From contig CAWJAX010000002.1 in NCBI GenBank assembly GCA_963841015.1, forward strand, positions 416,001 through 480,000: 64,000 nucleotides of DNA, read 5' to 3'. Source of the stretch: an uncultured Methanoregulaceae archaeon. Its GTDB lineage: Archaea > Halobacteriota > Methanomicrobia > Methanomicrobiales > Methanospirillaceae. The first letter of the stretch is position 1; the number at the start of each line of letters is the position of its first letter. The notes under the pieces were generated by a model that saw only the letters and a list, made by a program, of their open reading frames with translations, did no database searches and was not told where the DNA came from. Positions 56,974 through 64,000 of this stretch are shown one piece after another. The position numbers and the translations under genes are program-made.

Positions 56974-58168
56974 GGAAGAGCAGGTTGCTTTTTTCCTCGC
57001 ATCCCGCCTTATTACAAGGGGAAACAAGGGCACCCTCCTCCTGACCATCATGATCATCGCGATGGTCTTTGTCAACCTCATATTCCTCCCTTCCATCATT
57101 GCCGGTATTGTGGTGCTCTTCAACCAGCAGAATATCGATTACAGTTACGGGAACCTGGTCATCGAGCCCCGTGAGGACCAGCTGCTCATCACCAATGTCG
57201 GGGAGCTCCAGCAGAAGATCAACCGGGTTCCCGGCGTTGTCGCCAGTACTCCTCGATATTCCGGTGCAGCAACCATTGTCAGCAAGGGAAAATCCACAAC
57301 ACCGCTCCTGATCGCGATCAACCCCGATGATGAAAAACAGGTGCTGAAGATCCATACCGGAATTGCCAGCGGTGATTACCTGAACGATGGCGATACCGGG
57401 CAGATTTTGATAGGTAAAACCCTTGCCGGCAACAAAGATCAGAAAGTGGACAGGACGCCAACGCTCGGGGGCGTGGAGGTGGGAAAGACGGTTGAGGTCA
57501 CCTTCCGGAACGGCATAACCCGGCAGTACCGCATCAAGGGAATCATTGAATCCGGACAGTTTAGTGTCGACTCCAGTGCCTTCATCACGAGAAAGGAACT
57601 GGAATCTGTGCTGAGTACAACGGATACGGCAAACCAGATCCTGGTGAAGACGAAGACAACCGGCAATGAGGATGCCATGCGCAACACCCTGATGCAGTAC
57701 GGGGTCCAGGAAAAGATCTGGACATGGCAGGACAAATCCGCGGATTTCCTGAAATCCATTGTCGGCAGTTTTGACATCATCAACGTCATCAGCACGATCG
57801 TCAGCCTTGTCATCGCGGTGGTGGTCATCTTCATTGTCATCTTCATCAATACCGTCTACCGCCGGAAACAGATAGGGATCCTGCAGGCAATCGGGATTGA
57901 CCGGTCGATCATCATCAAGTCCTACATCTTCCAGGCACTGTTCATCTTTGCAAGCGGCACTTTAGCAGGATGCGCCCTGCTCTTTGTGCTTCTCCAGTAT
58001 CTCATCGCTTCACCGCTTGTATTTCCCGGGGGACCGGTGGCCCCGGTTCTTGAAATGATGCTGCTGGTCAGGGCAATTGCCAGCCTGCTTGTCGTATCGC
58101 TGATCGCCGGGTTTCTGCCATCGTGGCTGACCACACGGGAGGATATCCTCTCGGCAATAAGGGGCTAA
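56966..58168 (+). CDS. ABC transporter permease, MacB/FtsX/LolE family
   Basis: TM1, large extracytoplasmic loop, then 3 TMs; RRKQIGILQAIG. Confidence 0.9.
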   Translation: MLEEEQVAFFLASRLITRGNKGTLLLTIMIIAMVFVNLIFLPSIIAGIVVLFNQQNIDYSYGNLVIEPREDQLLITNVGELQQKINRVPGVVASTPRYSGAATIVSKGKSTTPLLIAINPDDEKQVLKIHTGIASGDYLNDGDTGQILIGKTLAGNKDQKVDRTPTLGGVEVGKTVEVTFRNGITRQYRIKGIIESGQFSVDSSAFITRKELESVLSTTDTANQILVKTKTTGNEDAMRNTLMQYGVQEKIWTWQDKSADFLKSIVGSFDIINVISTIVSLVIAVVVIFIVIFINTVYRRKQIGILQAIGIDRSIIIKSYIFQALFIFASGTLAGCALLFVLLQYLIASPLVFPGGPVAPVLEMMLLVRAIASLLVVSLIAGFLPSWLTTREDILSAIRG

Positions 58169-58169
58169 C

Positions 58170-58874
58170 ATGATCGTTGGTACTAACCTCTTCAGGGTCT
58201 ATGGCAAGGGAAGTGTGGAAGTCCGGGCACTGGACGGCGTGGACGTTGCGATCCGGAAGGGGGAGTTCATCGGGGTTATGGGCGCAAGCGGGAGCGGGAA
58301 ATCCACCCTGCTCCACCTGCTCGGTCTGCTTGACCGCCCGACAGCAGGGAGCCTTGTTATTGACGGGGTGGATGTCGGGAGCCTGAACGAGCGGGAGCGG
58401 ACGCTCTTCCGCTTGAATCATCTGGGGTATGTCTTCCAGGACTATGCCCTTGTCCCCGAGCTGACAGCAGAGGAAAATATCTACCTTCCCTCAAAGGTTC
58501 GGGGGATGACCTCACGGGAATGTACAAGGGTCTGCAGGGATATACTCGGGCTTGTCGGGCTAAAGGACCGGGTGAGCTTCCTGCCCGGGGAGATGTCCGG
58601 GGGAGAGCAGCAGCGGGTTGCCATTGCCCGGGCACTCGTGAACAACCCGGCAATCCTCCTTGCCGATGAGCCCTGTGCCAATCTCGATACCCGGAACTCG
58701 ACTACGATCCTGGAACTGATCCGGAAACTCAACAAGGACCTTAACCAGACCGTGGTGATGGTCTCTCACGAGGACTGGCACAAGAAGTATTTTGATCGTA
58801 TTATCTCCATGAGAGATGGCAAAATCGTGACTGATGAGGACCCGGAAAAAGAAAACCCTTTTGAATCAGGTTGA
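58170..58874 (+). CDS. ABC transporter ATP-binding protein (LolD/MacB type)
   Basis: GASGSGKS, MSGGEQQRVAIARAL, LLADEP. Confidence 0.95.
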   Translation: MIVGTNLFRVYGKGSVEVRALDGVDVAIRKGEFIGVMGASGSGKSTLLHLLGLLDRPTAGSLVIDGVDVGSLNERERTLFRLNHLGYVFQDYALVPELTAEENIYLPSKVRGMTSRECTRVCRDILGLVGLKDRVSFLPGEMSGGEQQRVAIARALVNNPAILLADEPCANLDTRNSTTILELIRKLNKDLNQTVVMVSHEDWHKKYFDRIISMRDGKIVTDEDPEKENPFESG

Positions 58875-58883
58875 AGATACTTC

Positions 58884-59324
58884 TGCTCTGTAGAAACGAG
58901 CATGAACTGATCGGGTTCACACTCAATCCATGAAAATCGTATTGTATACGATGGAACCTCGCCTCATGGCCTCTCCGAGGCACGGCGGCCAGGTTTTTTT
59001 TTGAATTGTTTGTTTCAGATCCGCCGCGGGGGCGACCGTTTGCGGGGCGGCGGCGATCATCGTACATGAAGGAGTATGAAAAAAATCTCGTATCATAACT
59101 GAATAGTTCAATTTTCATGGGAAATGCTCAATTACAAGCTAAACGCTCAAGGGGTTTTTCACCCCCCGCTGCTGTGGCTCCCCAGATGCGATAACTCCCC
59201 AACAGGTGCGCTAGGTCATCATCGCTCAGCGCAGGGGCTGTATGGGTGGACAGGTACTGTCCCCTCCTTCATTCGTACCAGCATCCTGAATTTCATATCA
59301 ATGGAAAAGGAATTCTACAGAGCC
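58884..59324 (-). mobile_element. MITE-like element, long form (A+B), best-preserved copy
   Basis: (t)gctctgtagaaa...aattctacagagcc TIRs; perfect direct repeat GATACTTC(T) at 58876 and 59325. Confidence 0.92.
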
Positions 59325-59414
59325 GATACTTCTAAAAGGAAACAGTCAATGAAAAGGACAGGATTCGGGATCTTTTTACCTGAAATCCTTAAGATTCCTT
59401 CCTTATGACCGTGA

Positions 59415-59633
59415 TTATACGGGAGAATATACCTTTTTTTCATACATGCCGGGAGTCAGTACCGTGGAACGTTTCTTGCACTGGTGGCATGTGGCATCCC
59501 GTGTTTCCCGGTAACACTCCTTTGGGGTTTTATTGATAATCGCATTGTCATGAAGGCAGGAAGGACAGGTGAACCGGATAACGTACCCGGTTCTCGTTCC
59601 TGTAACCTCTTGTTTTAAAGCTAGTTTTGTCAT
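59415..59633 (-). CDS. Small zinc-finger protein
   Basis: CPSC...CHQC. Confidence 0.65.
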   Translation of the reverse strand: MTKLALKQEVTGTRTGYVIRFTCPSCLHDNAIINKTPKECYRETRDATCHQCKKRSTVLTPGMYEKKVYSPV

Positions 59634-59892
59634 TGTATCATTCTTTTTTGTTTTTTTACACACCGGACTGAACTGCAATCCAATCCGGTTTTTTGATCAT
59701 ATACTACCAACAAAGAGGTTTTCACATGGGGAAGGAACTGACCGCGTTTTCATGGTAATCCCAATGGGAGCGGCCATGGTGCCAAAATCGTTGGTGATTA
59801 TACTAGTATTGGTTGCCTGAGTGTATAGTATGATGGGAGGAAACCGGCTTGTTTGCAGGAAAGGTTCATTACTCCCCAACCAATTCTACTGT

Positions 59893-60084
59893 ATGCCATC
59901 CCAAAAAAATTGTCCGATGAAGTTTGGATCTGCGGTCAGTATTGAAGGCATGATCATTGAAGTTCCCTGCTGTGGTAAGGATTGTGCATGGTTTTTTGAC
60001 AATCATTGCGCTATTATCAGCATCGCAAAAGAATTATGCACAAACCAGAAAAAGAAAAGTCCGAAGAGTATGGCTGCCTATTGA
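59893..60084 (+). CDS. Small Cys-rich protein
   Basis: CPM...CCGKDCAWF...CAI. Confidence 0.5.
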   Translation: MPSQKNCPMKFGSAVSIEGMIIEVPCCGKDCAWFFDNHCAIISIAKELCTNQKKKSPKSMAAY

Positions 60085-60226
60085 TTTTTTTATGTTTTTA
60101 AAACCTGGCCATCCGGTCTTGCTATTCCGGGGCATTTCTGTGATTTTTTTCGAATTTAATACCAATACGTAACTATTTCTCCTGAAAAATCCCCTATGTA
60201 TTATAAAAAAGAAAAGAGGAGCAGAT

Positions 60227-60526
60227 ATGGGGCACATTCGGATGGATTCCACAAAGCGATATAATTGTGCTCGTCTGATTTGTGCATATTTACTCCGGAA
60301 TAATATTACCCGTGCAGACGTCACAGCACGGGAAATTGCACAATTTCATCATCTTTCAGGCAAATCTTCCCAATCGATCAGTGCAATGCTGAATTTTTTA
60401 TACAGTAACCGTATCCGGGAGACCCGTTTTGGATTTTACATATTGGGAACACTTGCCTTTAAAAAAAGTGATTATCCCCACCACTACAGCATTCAACTGA
60501 TTGATGGAGCCCGGGGATTACTATAA
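60227..60526 (+). CDS. Hypothetical, winged-HTH-like protein
   Basis: GAGGAG SD; VTAREIA...SQSISAMLNFL. Confidence 0.55.
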   Translation: MGHIRMDSTKRYNCARLICAYLLRNNITRADVTAREIAQFHHLSGKSSQSISAMLNFLYSNRIRETRFGFYILGTLAFKKSDYPHHYSIQLIDGARGLL

Positions 60527-60615
60527 ACGGGTAACTTCTCCGTCATCATGAGTGTGAGTTGCTTTCTATCGGGGAGCGTAAGCTGGAATTCTCCGATTCT
60601 GTTAAAAAAATGTTT

Positions 60616-60948
60616 TTAGCACGGTCGGGTACTGTCTTCAAGATCGCGGATCCAGCTGGCGATTGCCCTGAGGACGGTCATCGTTTTTTCGGTCTTATGG
60701 AAGTTACCACTCTGGGTAAAGACACCATCATTTTCCTGTGAGATCACCTCATTGATCACCCATACACCAAACGGATCGGTGGTTACGGAAAGGCCATGGG
60801 AAAATCCCGGGCAATTGATGAATAATTCACCGGATTCATAATCAATGTCAATTTTTAAATCGCAATCTTCTTTCTGCACGATTTCTTTCACATACACCGA
60901 TAGATCGTGTGTTGTTAAGATCTTCTGGGCATCTTCAGGACGAATCAT
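60616..60948 (-). CDS. Hypothetical protein
   Basis: 110-aa ORF; GTGA SD-like upstream. Confidence 0.65.
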   Translation of the reverse strand: MIRPEDAQKILTTHDLSVYVKEIVQKEDCDLKIDIDYESGELFINCPGFSHGLSVTTDPFGVWVINEVISQENDGVFTQSGNFHKTEKTMTVLRAIASWIRDLEDSTRPC

Positions 60949-61189
60949 AGACCAATCACATCTTTACAACCCCTTAGCTTGATGACTGATAATACTTCGC
61001 TGCGTTAAAAGCGGAAAAATCCGTTTTTATGATACGGAGCGCTTTTCCTTCATAAAAATCCAGCAACAGCTGAATCAGGTTTTTTTTGGTCTTTGAATAT
61101 CGATAGGTGGTTAATGGGCATATGAGGGATTTGAATGGGTAAGTCTTCTCGTCATGAGATGGGAAATGGTATTGTGGCCGGACAGTATT

Positions 61190-62035
61190 TCAGATAACCC
61201 CGCGATAGTAGGCAAGTCGGTGTGCATACGGGCGGACAGTCTCGATAATCTGCGACTGCTCTTCTTCACTCATCGCTGTATGCTCCTGACCGATCCGGGC
61301 AAGAAGCCGCGCTTCACCAGCGGTCGAGCACCCGACGATCACGAGATCCACATCCTGTGAGAGTGCAAACCGGATCAAGGTCTGCGGACTGAGCCCCGAT
61401 CCGGGATGGATATAATTTCCCGCACCCAGAGTTTTCATCCCGATAATCCCGATATCTCGTTCCCGTGCCGCCGGGATCACCTGGTCAGAAAACCCCCCGA
61501 TAGCTGCTTCAACAGGACTTACCGGCAGGAGTACCGAATCGATATCCCAGTGGGTGACCGCATGGAGCAGGACTTCCGGGTTATGGTGCCCGGTCACCCC
61601 TATGCCCCTGACTGTTCCGGTCTCCCTGGCTTCGTAGAAAGCACGGAGTGCGCCACCGGGTCCCTCAATCTCACGGATATCGACCGTGTCCCGTACATCA
61701 TGGATCTGCCAGAGTCCGAGGTGGTCACGTCCCATGCGGGTGAGCGTTCTTTCAAGCTCATCCGATGCCCCGTCTGCACTTCGCTGCCCTGATTTGCTGG
61801 TCTGAAACGCGAGCTCCTTTTTCTCCGGGTGCTGTGCCCAGAAGATCCCGAAATACCGCTCACTGTCGGCATATGCCGGAGCTGAATCGTAGTACCGGAT
61901 ACCCGCCTCATATGCTGCAGTGAGCATTGCAAGTGCTTCCCTGCTTCGTCCTTCGGTGCGAAGCACACCCTCTCCCCCGAGGCCGACCCGGTCCTGGATT
62001 CCTGTCAGGTTCCGGAACCTGTTGATCCCTGCCAT
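61190..62035 (-). CDS. Aldo/keto reductase
   Basis: VGLGG, YYDSAPAY, LWQIH, IGVTGH, GMKTLG. Confidence 0.9.
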   Translation of the reverse strand: MAGINRFRNLTGIQDRVGLGGEGVLRTEGRSREALAMLTAAYEAGIRYYDSAPAYADSERYFGIFWAQHPEKKELAFQTSKSGQRSADGASDELERTLTRMGRDHLGLWQIHDVRDTVDIREIEGPGGALRAFYEARETGTVRGIGVTGHHNPEVLLHAVTHWDIDSVLLPVSPVEAAIGGFSDQVIPAARERDIGIIGMKTLGAGNYIHPGSGLSPQTLIRFALSQDVDLVIVGCSTAGEARLLARIGQEHTAMSEEEQSQIIETVRPYAHRLAYYRGVI

Positions 62036-62129
62036 ACAGAATTACCCTGTCCGGTACAGATAATAAACCTGCCCTTTCTGGCAGGATATTTAATCCACAC
62101 CATCCTATGTTCACTAAAAAACCGGTATC

Positions 62130-62939
62130 ATGAACAAAATCCGCATTATTCCGGATAATCGCTATCAGGGAGAAGGGATCAGCAGGGGGCTGGCACGGGG
62201 CCTGCTGGTGTATTACGCTGACCAGAACCTTACCGGTGAGGGAATGGGCATCGGGAGCATCGCGTTCAGGACCCCTGAATGCACGTACTTTTCCCGGTCC
62301 TGGACGGACTCATCAGAAGCGGGAGTCTACAAACGTACCTTTACCCTTGACACCCGTATGAGGTGGAGCATACACGGGAGACCTTCAGACCTGCTTACCC
62401 GCTTTATCGAATACGGTATCAGTGCCTATATGCAGCTCCCCCGGTTCCAGGGGAGTATCATGCTGCCGGTGCCCGCACTCAGCACCCTGCTCGGCATTCA
62501 CCCACTTTTCGAAACCATACCTTCCCGCGGGAAGGTCACCTCTTCATATCGGGTGACCGGGAACATTGTAGAAGTTCAGGTAGAGATTATCACGCCGGTC
62601 ATGCCCGAGGATACCCTTTGCGTGCTGAATGAGCTCAGTGCTGCATGGTTCACCGCAGGATGGGACGGGAAATGTCCTGTATCTCCACCGCCCGGCTGGG
62701 AAAAGGTCAGCTCCGCCCAGCTTCCTGTTTCTCTTGTTGATCCGGAGCATGGAATCCGGTTCTTTATGGGCAGACCCTCATCTATTCCTCCTGTACCTCT
62801 TTCTATCTACCAGGGCAGGGAACAAACCGGGGATGTCTGCTGGGCAGGGTTCTGTATTGAACTGGGTCCTTTTGATGGATCGCAGGGATTACCCAAGGTA
62901 CAGTACTCTATCGGTTTTACGGAAGGTGTGTGTCCATGA
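62130..62939 (+). CDS. Hypothetical protein translationally coupled to the radical SAM gene
   Basis: 269-aa ORF; ATGA overlap at 62936-62939. Confidence 0.7.
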   Translation: MNKIRIIPDNRYQGEGISRGLARGLLVYYADQNLTGEGMGIGSIAFRTPECTYFSRSWTDSSEAGVYKRTFTLDTRMRWSIHGRPSDLLTRFIEYGISAYMQLPRFQGSIMLPVPALSTLLGIHPLFETIPSRGKVTSSYRVTGNIVEVQVEIITPVMPEDTLCVLNELSAAWFTAGWDGKCPVSPPPGWEKVSSAQLPVSLVDPEHGIRFFMGRPSSIPPVPLSIYQGREQTGDVCWAGFCIELGPFDGSQGLPKVQYSIGFTEGVCP

Positions 62940-64000
62940 ACCCTTCACCTCTCGGCGGTGTTACGCTTGTCTATCCCTACTTCCGGTATAAAGACCCGGT
63001 CGAAAAACTCTTTCCCCCGCTGGGAATCGCGTACCTTGCGAGCCAGCTGAAAGAACGGGGGATCCCGGTTACCGTTGAAGACTGCACCTTTGAGACCTTC
63101 GATGAAGTAATTGACAGGATTGCAAAATCACGGCCTGCAATAATCGGTATTTCCATTATGGTAACAATGAGCAGGAATGCCTTTTTCCTCCTTAAGGAAC
63201 TGCAGAAGCGGTTGCCAGGGACTCTCTTTATCGCAGGAGGTCCACTTCCGACCGTGAATCCGGCGATGTTTGGCAGAAGATTTGATCTGGTATTCTGTGG
63301 AGAAGGTGATGTAACTTTCCCGCGTTTCTGCCAGGATTACCTCTCATCGGGTTGTTCCCCCCATAATCTGAAAACCCTGGTTCCTGTATCCTATCCGGGT
63401 TTGTATCTGAACAGAGATGGCCAGGTGCGGTCGTCGCCTCCTGTCCACCACCCTTCAGAAATCCTTGACTGCCTTCCCCTTCCGGACCGCTCGGGATTTG
63501 ACCACCACCAGTACCAGTCAGCAATGGAAAAAAATACCGGTCTTAAACAGACCAGTCTTATCGTCACCCGTGGCTGCCCGTTTTCATGCGATTTCTGTTC
63601 AAAACCGGTATGGGGTGACCTGTTCAGGAAACCCCCGCTGGAAAAAGTATTCAGGGAAATTGAAGAGATACGGTCGCTTGGTTATACCAGTCTCTGGATA
63701 GCAGATGACTGCTTTACGCTCGATAGTGAGTACCTTACGGCATTCTGCCGTGAAATGATCCGGCGGGGGGTACCGGTTGGCTGGACATGCCTTTCACGGG
63801 TTGACCGGCTCACTCCCGGTCTTGTTGACCTCATGAAGCGTGCCGGATGCATACGAGTCTATCTGGGCCTCGAATCAGGAAGCAACGATACACTCAGGCT
63901 CATGAACAAGCGGGTCACGGTGGAACAGGGAATACGGGCAGTACACCTTTTTTCCCGGGCAGGCATTGGCACTGCCGGATTTTTCATGGTCGGGTACCCG
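62936..64000 (+). CDS. B12-binding radical SAM protein (runs off the window; absent from the ORF track)
   Basis: MNPSPLGGVTLVYPYF...PPLGIAYLAS; AGGPLPT; TRGCPFSCDFC (CxxxCxxC); GLESGS. Confidence 0.9.
   Translation, partial: MNPSPLGGVTLVYPYFRYKDPVEKLFPPLGIAYLASQLKERGIPVTVEDCTFETFDEVIDRIAKSRPAIIGISIMVTMSRNAFFLLKELQKRLPGTLFIAGGPLPTVNPAMFGRRFDLVFCGEGDVTFPRFCQDYLSSGCSPHNLKTLVPVSYPGLYLNRDGQVRSSPPVHHPSEILDCLPLPDRSGFDHHQYQSAMEKNTGLKQTSLIVTRGCPFSCDFCSKPVWGDLFRKPPLEKVFREIEEIRSLGYTSLWIADDCFTLDSEYLTAFCREMIRRGVPVGWTCLSRVDRLTPGLVDLMKRAGCIRVYLGLESGSNDTLRLMNKRVTVEQGIRAVHLFSRAGIGTAGFFMVGYP

Noticed and set aside
1535-63701. Numerous short antisense/overlapping ORFs in the six-frame track
   Set aside because: Shadows of real genes, or of repeats, with no motifs.

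Overview
Archaeal chromosomal DNA, most likely from a Methanoregula-like methanogen (Methanomicrobiales). This is inferred from the gene repertoire: DUF3821-like, PGF-pre-PGF-like, COG1361, PEGA/PKD and an archaeal-type PAS kinase. The window opens with the 3' end of uvrA and with uvrC. Next is a ~28-kb cell-surface island dominated by one ~24.3-kb gene (5377-29688, ~8,100 codons once the +1 breaks are bridged). It encodes a modular adhesin/S-layer-associated protein with PPC-like, PKD, C-type lectin, Kelch/BNR-like, LamG, FG-GAP, LVIVD and beta-helix domains, a 621-bp near-perfect triplication and a 23-unit mosaic PKD array. The remaining ~33 kb is ordinary accessory content: HEAT, TPR, two-component, transporter, redox and radical SAM genes. 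The main unannotated signal is a dispersed family of ~200-bp and ~435-bp non-coding elements with GGCTCTGTAGAA-like terminal inverted repeats, 8-9-bp target-site duplications and conserved internal hairpins. At least 8 copies are present, nearly all just downstream of a stop codon. Other leads are a membrane-anchored Schlafen/AlbA_2 protein, an archaellin-domain lipoprotein and a secreted superoxide-reductase-like protein with a possible N-terminal His ligand. Many single-base indels look like long-read consensus errors. No rRNA, tRNA, CRISPR array, transposase, integrase or reverse transcriptase was recognised. All family calls come from motifs read by eye, not from database searches.
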